Origin: the human T2T-CHM13v2.0 reference genome, Homo sapiens
DNA: 64,000 bases
NCBI RefSeq assembly: GCF_009914755.1
Contig: NC_060925.1
Strand: one strand, 5' to 3'
Shown: piece by piece, positions 12,931 through 26,794 of the stretch
Layout: each line of letters begins with the position of its first letter
How positions within the stretch are numbered: the first letter of the stretch is position 1
Program-made: the position numbers and the translations under genes
The notes under the pieces: model-generated
Seen by the model: only the letters and a program-made list of their open reading frames with translations
Told to the model about the DNA's origin: nothing
Database searches by the model: none

Positions 12931-15900
12931 GTTATGTCTTAAAATATGTGGAACACTTATAATCAGTCCTTACAGAGAAGATGCTAGCAAATGAAACAAG
13001 GAAAAATTGTGTGGTGGATGTTATTCCAGCAAACTTATAAGTCAATCAGTGAAACACATATAAAACAAAAAGTCTTAATTATTCAAATTATTAAATATTA
13101 TAATCTTTCTACATATTGATTTTTGAATAATAAGTTATCCAAAAGTGATAAAATACTATATGACATGTTTAAGAATAATTTCAAAAGTAAAATTATATAA
13201 CTTTCCATTCAAAATGTAAAACTGAAACTGTAAATATGGTATCACAAGTTATACTGTGTTCCCAGGGGAGCATTATATGTTATAAACTCACAAATTGAGC
13301 TCTGATATTCACTAATTAAAATGAATATTAAGGAAGACAATATCAAATATCTGTAATATATTTAAATTACAATATTAACTCATAAAGTGTATTTGTTTGT
13401 GATATACCTTTGACCAATTTATTATACAGATATTTCCCTGTATCTATTGAGATTAGTTACTAATGTATTCTAAAACAGAGTAGGAGTACTCAAGACTCGA
13501 TTATTTAAATAATAATAATGTACCAGGTTCTCATAGTATATTCTGAATATGTTACATTTTAAAATAATTGTGATTTTTTAAATGTAACATTGTGTTAATA
13601 TTCAATTATCCATAGCTCATTAGTTGATATTTTCTTTTATTGAATCTTTTGCTTGTGTATATTTTAACATCAGTGACAATGTTATTGGAGTAATCAAAAT
13701 CTAATTCACTACATAATTTTAATTTCCATTGTAATGGATGAAACATAAATGAACTGTAAAGGGGACATCGCATAACTGACCCTGTTTAATGTCCTTTAAA
13801 AGTTTTTAGAGTATCAGTATAAGTAGTGGGTGTATGGAAAGGGTAGATATCAGTACAAATGGATTTAAACCTAATTATAAGTTTTTCCTTTTACATCAAG
13901 CCTCAGGATTAATCTTCATTGTCTAATGGAAAGTTTTCCATTATGGAGTATGTTACTATTTAATTACTTGCATTTTATAGTATCCTGAAAATAGAATGGA
14001 GGCTTATGGGAGCACATTAAAAATCAAATTTAAAATGATGAATTTACTTTTCTTACTCTTTTTTAATAGAAAACATTTTCCAACCACATGAAATGCCTGG
14101 GAATGTATTCAGAACTTTGAACATAAACAAAGCTCTTAACCAATTTTCACACAGAAAGGACTTAAAGAATGTGATCACAGTTCTGTAACACATTAATCAG
14201 AAATATCCTACTTTATTCTAACAAAAAAAGGAGAAAATTAGACAAAATATTTTGATTCTTTAAATGAATATCATATATCAAGCCTTTTTATATTGATTTT
14301 AAAATATAAAATTAGCTGGTATTTTAAATGATCACTTATACATTTTCAAAGCGAAAAATTGGGTGTCTAGATAATCTGCTAAGGAAGTAACAATAAATCT
14401 CTGCAACCAAGGCATTCCTTCAAAGAGAATTTTTGGAAAAGATTTCCTTCTCTTGGGAAATGAGGAGAAGTCTTAAATTTTTTAATAATGAAATCAAAGC
14501 GAAGCATAAAATTTAAGCAACATGTTCATGGAAATAATGTAGAGAAAAAAATCGTATTTGTTAAAGAGTGAGATGTTTCAATGTTTTTATTTAGCATGAA
14601 AAATCGTGGGTTTTTGCTTTTAAAGGCATCACTTCCTTTCTCAATAAGTATCATATTCTGGGTGTTTGAAATGTAGAAGAGAAAACAAATGGCTTTCAAA
14701 TAATTTTAAACCATAAATTTTATGAGCTTGGCAGTAAATTAGTGTACTTTTTAAACCTTATTAAAGTATAGTAAAGTATATAATATGAAAACATTATTTT
14801 GACCTCCCCATCTCTTAATATGTGAATATATACCATTCTAAGTCACTTCAATGATAAATCTCAATTTGCAAAAAGTGCTCATTATATAATATAAATAATA
14901 AAATAATATAGCATTGCTCATATCTATGAGGAAATAAAAACAAAATTCATCGTTATTTGTATTTGACTACTGCTGTATTGGCTGAGCAATGTATAGACAA
15001 ACACTTCAAAATGTTTACCTACCAGGCTACTGGTTTATCACTTAAGTCAAACAAAGTTTTCTTATAGAAGAGTTCATGCAATACTCTTCTAGTCATGCAT
15101 TCAAATGGCCATAACACATTCTCTTAATATAATAACACATGATCCATATTTTAGGTGTGTGTGAGAGATTACAATGTGTGTTTCATGTTTAAGTTCCATG
15201 CACTACATATGCAAAAATAAGTGTTAAGGGGGCCATAATGTGTTAACCTGATTCAACTCACTTGGATTTGCACTCTTTCAGGCATTTGCATTGTACATCT
15301 GTTTTTCAGAAGTCCTTGGTACAACTCTAGTTTCTAGCTAAACTTTATTCATCTAGAACAATGGAATATTCTTCATATATATTTTGATTTCATCGGTGCA
15401 TATTAAAACTCTTGTTTCATTCATTATTTGGTAAGTTTAAGAAAATATTCATATGTTTCAGGGCATAGCCAGTGAGACATATCACCTCACTTTTATATAC
15501 TTTATTTTGCAATTGGCCTGTGTAGTTTTACAACAGTTCTAATTGAATATGTTAGTCACTTCATTTTTAGATATGGTCATATGTGTGTAGCAGATTACCA
15601 GTCTCAAACAGGTGTTAAGAAACATAACACCTGTTACTAATCTCTTAACACTGATTTGTTACTGATTTTTCTCTCCAGAGTGGCTTAGTTTCCATTTTTG
15701 CTAACCAGTTTGTATACAAAATTTGAGAGAGAATGCATGCAACTGTTAAATTTATTTTTATTGAACCTATGACTAATTTTATTCATGCGGCGGATTAATC
15801 TGCTCTTGGCGAGCAAAGCAGATATAATCATTTCAATGCTCCTTTGCTTTGTGTTACAGACACCTTCCTGACTGCTACAATGGAGTGGAAGATAGGGAGA

Positions 15901-16010
15901 AATATAAATATTAAATACATATTCATAAATAATAGATATATATGGAATATTACACATATGTATGTATATGTTTGTGTGTGTGTGTCTGTGTATATGCCAG
16001 TGTTCTTTTA

Positions 16011-16306
16011 TCTTTTTTTTTGTTTTGTTTATTTTGAGACAGAGTTTTAGGCTGTTGCCCAGGCTGTAGTCTAGTCATGGAACCACAGCTCACTGCAAAC
16101 TTGACCTCCCAGGCTCAAGTGATCCTCCCACCTCAGCCTCCCAAGTAGCTGGGACTACAGGTGTGTGCCACCATGCTTAGCAATTTTTTTTTTTTTTTTT
16201 TTTTGTAGAAAGGAGGTCTCATTATGTTGCCAGGGTTGTTCTCAAGCAATCCTCCCGCTTATCTCTCAAAGTGCTGGGATTGCAGTAATAAGCCATGTGC
16301 CCATCC
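16011..16306 (-). mobile_element. AluJ
   Basis: Antisense Alu with J-type ggctcaagtgatcctcccacctcagcc; long T linker; small left-arm deletion. Confidence 0.92.
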
Positions 16307-16967
16307 CTCTCTTTATTTTGAAATCAACTTAGGCCTAAAGTGAAAGCCCATTTCACTGTTATTTCAGCCTAAATTAAATAACATGCCCTATGTACTTAGT
16401 CAATGTACATGGCAAGGGTACTTTATAGGATATTGTACAGTTGTGTCTTCTTGGCCAACTAAATACCAGAAAACAACAACAACAAAGTTTTAAATAGATG
16501 TTAATATTTCCTCAATAGAATATTAAAAGTAGATATGAAATATCACAGAGTTTTAATCTTATCAGAATAAATGATATTATTATTTGCATTGGGAAATTTA
16601 TGTTTGTATTAGGATGGTCTTTTGAAGTGAAGAACATCTGGAAAATCATCAGCTCAAACAAAATTATTTTGTTTCCTTTGGTCTGCTAATGTATGAGCAA
16701 TAACTGGGCCAGTTTATGCTATGTTGAAATCCTAAAATCATCTTTTCCTTTCTTTAAAGCTATATAATTGATCCTCAGTCCTGACAGTGGAGCTCTGAAC
16801 CATACTTGTAATCTTTTTCCTCCAATGTACCATCATTAATGTAGTTAAATTCAAGTTTTGTCCATCTTTTCATAATGCAATCTTAGTAACTTCTAACCTT
16901 TTATCTATTTTCCATTTTCTAGTCCTTCATTATATATTCTACATGTTAAAACATTGTAGTAGACTCT

Positions 16968-17430
16968 CTAGCATCAGTTTGTATTTGCTGTGTATCAAAC
17001 CACCCCCAAAACGTGGTGGCTTAGAAGGAGCATTGACTTAGTTATACTTCTTTGGATTGGCTGAGCACTTTATCTGATCTGGACATGCTCAGTTGAGCAT
17101 TTCGTCTTCTTTCCTTCACCTGTTGTCAGGTGGTAGGTCAGCTGGTAACTGCAAGATTTAGAATAGCCTCACTTACTTGTCTGGCATTGGGCAGGCTATC
17201 TTGGGCTTTATTTCATGATGTCAGTCACAAAATCACAAGAACAACTCAGACAGCTATATCTATTGTGCAAACATATTTAAATCTCTGCTTGTAAAACTTT
17301 TGCTAATATTGTTTTGGCCAAAATGAGTTCACATGGCTAACCTTGATACAAAGGGTAGGAAATATAATAGATGATGCTAAATCTTGATGAAAGAGGAAGA
17401 ACTTGTGAGCATAGTTGCAGTTCACACCAA
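16968..17430 (-). mobile_element. Old MLT1 (J/K/I-like) MaLR LTR
   Basis: ttgctgtgtatcaaaccacccccaaaacgtggtggcttag; gcctcacttacttgtctggc; ttggccaaaatgagttcacatggctaacc. Confidence 0.7.
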
Positions 17431-18938
17431 GTTCCTGGATGAAAAACATTGAATGCCTCTTCATAACAGACAGCTCCAAACTCTTAAGCATGACACATAA
17501 AGACGTTTTATCTTGGGGTCCCACACTTAGCCATACCACACCTCTTCCAGAGCCTTGTGCTGCACTACACATGTGCTTTGTCTATCAAAGAGGATTTATG
17601 ATCCCATGAAGGGCTTATTCTTCTATTAACATCCTATTCACACCTACTTCCTTTTCTAAATAACTGACTCTTTTTATTCAGGATCATGTCCCTTTCTCCA
17701 AACAATCTTCTTTAAAGTTGCAATAATGCTTCCAGTGAAGTTGATTAACTTCAATTTTGCAGATCTTTATATTAAAAAAATCATATAGTATCAGAGTTAT
17801 TTTCTTACTTTAACATTTCTCTCACTGTCTCTTCACTGTAACAACCTGAGGTCTGAATTATGAAGTATTTAGGACAGGGATGTTAATGTTGTTTTATCTT
17901 TTTGTCCTTAGAGCCTGGAATAGTACCTCTCATATAAATATAATTTATTGGGTTATTATTAATCTTGTGTATGTTATAACCACAAATGATTATATGCTAC
18001 CTATGATTTATTTTTTTGAAATGGAGTCATATATGTTACATATGCATTTCATTTATATAACTTTTTCTGTCATAACGCTGCACATTCCTTCAAGGGAAAT
18101 GTACATATTTATTTTTTTGTATGGTTTAATGTCTTTTGGAAAAAAGGCAGACAATCTAACAATAGGTTTTGAATTGAGAGTTAAAATTTCCATCTTGAAA
18201 ACTAAAATTATATGTTAAATATCAAATTAATTTCTATATTTGGTTGATAATTCAATGTATTGGATTTTTAAAATTGTAAAAAGAATTTTATTTTCTCAAT
18301 TATAAATATTGCACTTTTGCTCTATCAAATTTATAAAAGTTTGTGGAGTTCAAACATTTATGAAAACTCTAAGTATATTTATTTTTTAAAAAAGAGATAA
18401 ATATGCAGTAAAAAACATTTACAAAGCTGTTTATTTTACAATTTCTTGTTGCTCATAGTCTGATTACAAGATTGATAAAAAAATCTCAGTTCAGTTTATT
18501 TAAAGAAACAGCTGTAGTCTAGACATTTTGAATAAATGCTTGCTTTTGTAAAACTTTTATTTAAGTCCTTGACCTTATTTATTCAGCTAACACTTGTGAA
18601 GCATTTAGTTGCTTAGATCAACAACTTCTGAGGAAAAAAACAATAATGTATTTTGGTTGAGTGAACTTTGAGCTGAGAAATAACATAAGACATGACAGGA
18701 CTTCTGATTGTTTAACTACTTCTCTGTTCCTATTCCATACTGCTGCCTTAGTCTCTTCTGCCCTTATAATATTTGACTTTCAAACCTTCTCTTATGATGG
18801 ATTATATCATTTATTTTGTATTATCTCCAATAAATAATAGGTCAGCATAAACATATGTACATGTCCCTACCACTGTAAAGTTTTCAGCAGTAAAGATGCT
18901 GATCATCGATATGTTATTCAAATATATATATAAAAAAA

Positions 18939-19735
18939 CAAAAAACACATGAAAAAATGCTGATCATCACTGGCCATCAGAGAAATGCAAATCAAAACCA
19001 CAATGAGGTACCATCTCACACCAGTTAGAATGGTGATCATTAAAAAGTCAGGAAACAACAGGTGCTGGAGAGGATGTGGAGAAATAGGAATACTTTTACA
19101 CTGTTGGTGGGACTGTAAACTAGTTCAACCATTGTGGAAGTCAGTGTGGCGATTCCTCAGGGATCTAGAACTAGAAATACCATTTGACCCAGCCATCCCA
19201 TTACTGGGTATATACCCAAAGGATTATAAATCATGCTGCTATAAAGACACATGCACACATATGTTTATTGCGGCACTATTCACAATAGCAAAGACTTGGA
19301 ACCAAGCCAAATGTCCATCAATGGTAGACTGGATTAAGAAAATGTGGCACATATACACCATGGAATACCATGCAGCCATAAAAAATGATGAGTTCATGTC
19401 CTTTGTAGGGACATGGATGAAGCTGGAAACCATCATTCTCAGCAAACTATCACAAGGACAAAAAACCAAACACCACATGTTCTCACTCATAGGTGGGAAT
19501 TGAACAATGAGAACACATGGACACAGGAAGGGGAACATCACACACCGGGGACTGTTGTGGGGTGGAGGGAGGGGGGAGGGATAGCATTAGGAGATATGCC
19601 TAATGCTAAATGACGAGTTAATGGGTGCAGCATACCAACATGGCACATGTATACATATGTAACAAACCTGAACATTGTGCACATGTATCCTAAAACTTAA
19701 AGTATAACAATAATTAAAAAAAAAAAGAAAAGAAA
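18939..19735 (+). mobile_element. 5'-truncated L1PA3-like LINE-1 with uninterrupted ORF2 C-terminus
   Basis: ORF 18985-19503 is the L1 ORF2p C-terminus including the CCHC motif (CWRGC...HCWWDC) to the natural stop; young 3'UTR (ctaatgctaaatgacgag), G-rich tract, A tail. Confidence 0.97.
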
Positions 19736-20896
19736 AATACTTGTGTAATTCTTAGTTTTGACCCATGGTGGAAAGGTCAACTCCTAACAGATAATGCAAA
19801 TAATATGTGCTCTTCCTGGTCAAAGTATTGTAATCATTATAATGAGCCATATCCATGGTGGTCAATATTATTTTGATGCGTTCAACAGCTTAACCCTGGA
19901 ATTGGTTAAATTGAATTGCTTGTGTCTCAATTGAAAGTAAAAACCTTTTGCAAATCAATTGTAAGTTCAGTAATCTATATAAGCTACATCCAATCTCAGA
20001 CTTATATTGAAAAATCACTGTTTTTTGTTCTACTTTAGTACACATAGAATAAATTTAGGAGTCAAATATCTCACATCTGTAATGCTGCAATTTAGGCTGT
20101 TAAAAGGATGATTTTTTTTAAATTTTTTAAGTGCCTTCTTGGTCCCCTAAACGAATTTTAGAAAGTCTTCTAATCTATCCTAATCTAAATTTAAATAAGA
20201 ATAATACAAATATTCTCAAAATATTTTGTTAATATCTTCATGTATTTTCAACCTCTCTAAAAAGAGATTCTGTATTTCTGAAATGCTTCCTCAAAGTATT
20301 CAATGAATATACATTATTTATATGATTTATCATGTTGAAAGTCATACCAACTCAAATATATAATTTCTCACTTGATGAAAATCCTGTCCTAAGTTTCTCT
20401 CACCCTGGAGAATGACTGCCCATTTCTACGATGTGTTTTACAGGAGACACAAATTGAAACTTGCCACTGTCACATGACCTATATTTTAAGCAAAATCTTC
20501 TTAAACTTAACCTTCAAAATGGTTTCAGATGAATCTAGGTATTTGCATGGAATGTAGAGGGAAATTTACTTTTATCTATTTAATGGTTTAATCAGTTTTG
20601 TTTTAGGTTATTGTCCCAATTTGGAGTTTAAGCCTAAAAAGTATTAAAAATCCACACATTACCTAAGGAGATCAGGTTACATTATAAGAACACACACAAA
20701 AGTAAGAAGAAAAAAGGCACTGGCTAAGTTACACATGCAGTTCACATGAAAAGGTGGTATCTCACACCATTCAGAAAGCAACTGTTAGATTACCTAGACT
20801 CTGGCAATTCTAGGGAAAAAAAATTTAAAAAGAGTATTCCTCATGGCCCAGCTATCTCTTTGTCCCTCAATGGTTCCTAATCTAGTTCCTCTCTAG

Positions 20897-21042
20897 TATA
20901 CATATACTATATATATACTTATATATATATAATATATATAGTATATATACTATATATATTATATATATACTATATATATTATATATAGTGTGTATACTAT
21001 ATATATTATATATAGTGTGTATATATATATACACACACACAC
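20897..21042. repeat. (TA)-rich quasi-palindromic low-complexity repeat plus (CA)n
   Basis: Repeated ctatatatattatatata units; two copies of a 27-bp unit ending gtgtg. Confidence 0.95.
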
Positions 21043-21339
21043 AAAGAGAGACTCTGACTGTGGCCACATATCCTAGTGAATTTCAGTACTATACATTTCA
21101 AGTTCCCAAGCCAAGTAGCTAAAGGCCTATCTTATGTTTTACATTTATTCTAGAGATAATTCATTGTGAACAAGGTCATAGGATTTCATATTTCAAAGGA
21201 TAGTCATGTATCCTTTGAATTCATGTATCCTTTGAATAGTCATGTATTCTATAAAAAGGAAATTTGGGTACAAGAAATATTTAAGAGTCTTATAGATTTC
21301 TATGCAGGGCCAAAAATGATTACTAACCATAATCATTAT

Positions 21340-21545
21340 AATGTCTTTATTGTAATAATTGCCTATTCTGTTATAGGTATTAGGCAAAGTGCTCTAAATA
21401 ACATTTTTCAAATACTACTCACAACCTATAAGCTAGGTATAATCTCTATTTTAGATTTATTGAAATCAATCTGAGTGATCAAACATATTGTCCAAAGTTC
21501 ACATGGTTAATCAGAAACTACGTTGGAATTTTAACACAGGTCTTT
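21340..21545 (-). mobile_element. MIR
   Basis: ctcacaacctataagctaggtataatctctattttagat...tgtccaaagttcacatggttaa...ttaacacaggtct resembles antisense MIR. Confidence 0.65.
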
Positions 21546-21943
21546 TGCCCTTTTAACTTTGTATGTACTTTCTTCAGTTTACCGCAATATGTATTTTTGG
21601 AATTTTCTCTAAATATGCAAATTAAAAATATATTAAAATACTTAAAAATATGCTTGAAACAAATTTTTCTCTCTCTTTAGAATGGGGGAAAATAAACATT
21701 CCAAAATAGATGAATGCTTGAAATGTTAAACCATTTGGAAATATTTTAATATTCTTACTGATACATATTAAAAAGTGGAAAGTCATAAAAGTCGGTACTG
21801 TAGCATATACAATTTATTGTAACATACAAATCCTGGAAATAAGACAGAAATTGCTTAGAGATAGCCTTATGAAGCTCTTATATTTTATATATCATGCTCT
21901 TGGGATTTTTAAATGTATGCCTTCAATTATGAAATTGTCATAA

Positions 21944-22427
<484 letters not shown>

Positions 22428-22440
22428 TGAATTTCTTTCT

Positions 22441-23335
22441 ATTTATTTTTTATTTGTATAAATTAATGAGGTATAAGCAAAATTTTGCTACACTTCTTTC
22501 AGTGCATCCATCACCTGAATAATGTACACTTCTACCCATTAAGTAATTTCTCATCATCCACTCCCCAACCTCTCCACTGTTCTGAGTCTCCATTGTCTAT
22601 CATTCCACATTCTATGTCCACGTGTGCATATTACTTAGCTCCCACTTGTGAGAACATGTGATATTTGTCTTTTTGCTTCTGAGTTGCTTCGCTTAAGAGA
22701 ATGGCCTCCGGTTCCATCTAAGTAGCTGCAAAAAAACATGAATATATCCTTTTGATGGCTTAATAGTATTGCATTGTGTAGATATACCACATTTTATCCA
22801 GTCTTCAGTTGATGGACACTTAGGATGATTCTATATCCTTGATACTGTGAATAATTCTGTAATAAACATAGAAGTGCATGTTTCTTTTCAATATAATGAT
22901 TTATTTCCTTGGATATACATCTAGTAGTGTGACTGCTGGATTGAAAGTTAGTTCTATTTTTAGTTATTTGAGAAATCTCCAAACTGGTTTCCATAGTTTG
23001 TACTAATTTACAATCTCATCCACACTGTATACGCATTCTCTTTTCTCTGCGTTCTTGACAACATCTATTATTTTCGGCCTCATAATAATTGCCATTCTGA
23101 CTAGGTTAGGTTGCTATCTAATTATGCTATTAATTTGCATTTCTCTGATGATTCCTATTGTTACACATTTTTTCACAGGCTTGTAGACTATTTGTATACA
23201 TTCTTTTGAAAAATGTTTATTCAAGACTTTTGCTCACTTTTTAATGAAATCATTTTTATTGTTAATGAGTTGTTTGAGTTCCTTGTATATTCTGAGCATT
23301 AGTCCCCTATCAGATGCATAGTCAAACAATTTTCC
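22441..23335 (-). mobile_element. L1PB4/L1MA-class LINE-1 3' end
   Basis: tttgtataaattaatgaggtataag...acccattaagtaatttctcatc...agctcccactt; ORF 22794-22994 is decayed ORF2 C-terminus. Confidence 0.88.
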
Positions 23336-23514
23336 ATTAACATTTTTTTTCCCTTACATTCTCCATTCTCTATGTTATCATTTCTGGAGATATGACTAAA
23401 ATTTCTCCTCTATTCTACTGAAAGTTTATTTTCTTTTTGTATGATTTGTATTCATAATTTCCAAGACTTTTTTTTTGCTTTTCAAAATATATTTTGTTAT
23501 TGTTTATATTATCT

Positions 23515-23645
23515 GTATTTGAGGAAATGCATATATCAAATTGCCTAATTTAGTCATTCTACAATGTACACATATAGCAAAATATCATTTGCACACCATA
23601 AATATTTACAATCTATAGTTGTTAATTAAAAATAAAATTTAAAAA
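23515..23645 (+). mobile_element. L1MA/MB 3' terminal fragment
   Basis: tagtcattctacaatgtacacatat...caccataaatatttacaat...aattaaaaataaaattt. Confidence 0.75.
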
Positions 23646-25149
23646 GTGCATTTGGAACACTTGATTTGTGTATGTATGTGTATGATTAAATTATAGTGTC
23701 TTACAGATCTCATGAGCTCCAAATTTATTGTTATTTTGGAAAAAAACTTAGCTTTATATTTATGCTTCTATGTTTTATCTCCCATTTATTTTAATATTGT
23801 TCTGATAAAATGACACATTTAAGGATGGAATATATTAATCCATAGATCTTAAAATATCATAAATTCATTAACTCATTTTGCATGCTGTGTTAACAATTGA
23901 ACCAAATATCTTGAAGAGCACAGTACATTTTGATTAAATAATGTGAATATTTTTAGAACTTTATAATGTAATCAACAATAAAATTATCTATATTGCACTT
24001 TTAGTTGCTTTACAAAATATTGTCTAAAAGCAAAAGGAGGTACATGTTACAAATAAAACTCATCTTTTTGGAATTTAAAAACAAGCTAAATGCTATTATG
24101 CAATAGAATTTAAAGTCAGGATAAATATGCAGCCTTGACTGCTTTCAACTCATGTTAGAACTGTTTCACATTACTCCTGTCTGTCATTGATGGAGTAGTT
24201 GGCAAACGCTTCAATATGTATGGACAAACTCATTGACAAGAGCATGACATTGACAGTTAAATGCATTTTTAGTGGCTTTTCTATGCCCATCCATGTTAAA
24301 CACGTCTTTTTTTAAAATCACAGCTTTAACATTTTTTCAGGAATTTGAGTGATTTGTACAAAATCAAAAATATTTTATTTCTATGAAGAACTTTCCTTTA
24401 TTTGATTTTACATATCACATGCATGCCACCATCACCATCACTACCACCAACACTAGAAATCCAATAATGTTTTTATGTTTGAGTTTTTCTAATTTAAACT
24501 TTATTAGCAGATTTGTTTCCAATATAGTTCAGAAAGTGTTATATGGCTTTTCCTATCTCCTAGATTCCTATTTGTAACAAAAAAAGAGAAAATTTATGAA
24601 AATTTTGATGTTGAATTATTTGTGGAAGCTTTCAGAGATGTAATAGAGGTTTAGAAAACAAGTAGAGACAAGTTTTTCTGTTTTGTTTTGTTTTCTGATA
24701 CACAGTAAAGGCAAAAGAAGAGCTATTCCATTGACTAGCTATCACTGCCAGCTACCATTTAATATTGGCTTCCGTACCCTGGATTATCATACCATCAGTA
24801 GCCAACTCTGGATATTGCCATTTTCCTGTGCTACTTTGCTTCTGGTATGGGTGTGACAACCTTGCCATTACAACAATCCTTAGTTCCAGGTTCAAAAACC
24901 TTTGTACATATCTCTTACTGTTTAGCACCACCAACGTAATAGGTGTAGCTGAGCTTCTCTTAGAGCAGACCAAAAACACATATGTTTTTCACCCTTGGGA
25001 GTACAAAGTAGGCTCCTTTTCCCACAGAGATGTCCAATTTGTGTCAATATCTAGTCAAGAAAAAGGGCATACAAATCCTCACAGATGAAGTGACGACCTA
25101 TCTGCCTCTATTACCATATTCATATGATAGATGCCCAAATGGAGAAACT

Positions 25150-25520
25150 TTAAAATACATTCAATCTATCTCAAAGTGTCCAAAATCTCAATCTATTCCA
25201 CAATCAACTCAAGGTTCAAAATATTATCTAAATATCAGATAAGCTATCCCAAATATCACCATTCTCAGTCATCTCAGTCAGGTATGGATAAGTCTATGGG
25301 TATGATCTGTACTGGGACAAAATTTGTCTCCACTTGTGGATCTGTAAAACTAGAAAATAAGTTGTCCACTTCCAAAACACAATGAGGAGGCAGTCATAGA
25401 ATGAAGTTATCCCCAAAATTAAAAAATAGAAGAAAGAAAGAAGTCACTTGACTAAAACAATTTTAAAGTCCAGCAGGAAAAAACAATTATTAAGTTACAA
25501 GGCCTAGAAAAAATCCTTAG
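25150..25520 (-). mobile_element. MLT1-int (MaLR internal) fragment
   Basis: tcaggtatggataagtctatgggtatgatc...tgtggatctgtaaaactagaaaataagttgtccacttccaaaacacaatg resembles antisense MaLR internal 3' region. Confidence 0.65.
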
Positions 25521-25913
25521 CTTCATGTTCTGTTTTTTGGTCCCACCGGGAATATGAGGATGAGCATTGTACAGAGAGGACAGATCCCAGAGAGAAATTG
25601 TTATAATTTGGGAGATATCTTTGAACATGACCACCACAAAACAAAAGGTTGGTAATCTTTAAAAATATTCGAAAAATTATATTGGATACTCTATATTTGT
25701 TTTACCAGAGAAAATGCCAATAAAGCATACAAGTTGAATGTCTTTCAAATCTAGACCTGTTGACAAACTCGTACATAAGCAATTGGGCCACTATATTCTG
25801 ATCTGTCTTACTGGTATATTTTTGTACAGAATCAGTGCATTTATAAAAGTAAATTTTATATATGTGTGAGATACCAAGAAAAGAAGTTTAATGAAAAACT
25901 AAAGATAAACCAA

Positions 25914-26262
25914 AGATATCTAGGGTGGTCTGATACCAAGGATAGGAGCTTTTCACTAAACTATCTTATCCTTGGTATCACCCTGGCCTGACTTCAACTA
26001 GAATTCTTCTTGAGTTGGCCTAGCAAGATTTCTTCTTATCCCTGATGTTTCTTCTTAGTAATTTTCCATCAACTGACCCGGACCCCCACTCCTTAGCTCT
26101 AAATTTCCCAGGTTTTTGTTGGAGTCGTAGTTCAGTCCAACATCTCTTTTCCTCTGTAAAACCCAAATACAGTTCTCTCTAAACATATCTCCATAGCCCA
26201 CCTTTGATAAAGTCTGCCTCACTATCTTTAACAAGTGTCATGAATTTTTTTTTGTTTAAACA
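25914..26262 (+). mobile_element. MER31-family ERV1 LTR 3' part with inverted 5' piece
   Basis: tcaccctggcctgacttca...cctgatgtttcttcttagtaattttccatc...gataaagtctgcctcactatctttaacaagtgtcatgaa...aaca. Confidence 0.75.
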
Positions 26263-26794
26263 AAGGTGTTTCCTAAAATAATGGCATTTTTAAAAATTTA
26301 TCACAGCTTTGTTTGTCTTTTTTATAATAAAATATATTTCTTCCTCTCTATTTAAAATCCACTCATGTATACATGCCTTTATAAAGTGACAAATAGAGTC
26401 TCTTGCAGTGAAAAGAACTTAAGCTACCAAATAGTGTGTCAAACCCTACTTTTCTTGTAACTTTGCATTTGCAACACTGCCAAGTTAATGATATGAAAAA
26501 AAAAAAATGTTCCGCTGCCCCATTTGATGCTGGGTGAAATGAAACAACATCGTTGTACTTCACTGCATTTAGGCCCAACAACATGTCAAATTCTTTTGAG
26601 ATAAACTGCAAACCATTAACTGATCTCTTTTATTTCTCCTCACAAACCTTACTTCAAAAACAATTTCTTGATACATTCTACTTTTCTGAGAGGAGAGACA
26701 ACTTTTTCTCATCAAAATAATTTCGTGAGTGTAGATGCAAAACTGCCATTTTCTAGCATATTACCTGTTTATTTTTGTTTTATTTGTTTATTTT

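Noticed and set aside
18896-18968. 12-bp direct repeat atgctgatcatc in the flank and inside the L1 5' end
   Set aside because: It is not positioned as a TSD and differs from L1 consensus by one base; coincidence cannot be excluded.
18985-19503. 172-aa ORF, the longest in the window
   Set aside because: It is the C-terminus of L1 ORF2p in a 5'-truncated, promoterless L1PA copy, not a host gene.
19557-19580. G-quadruplex-like tract
   Set aside because: Standard feature of primate L1 3'UTRs.
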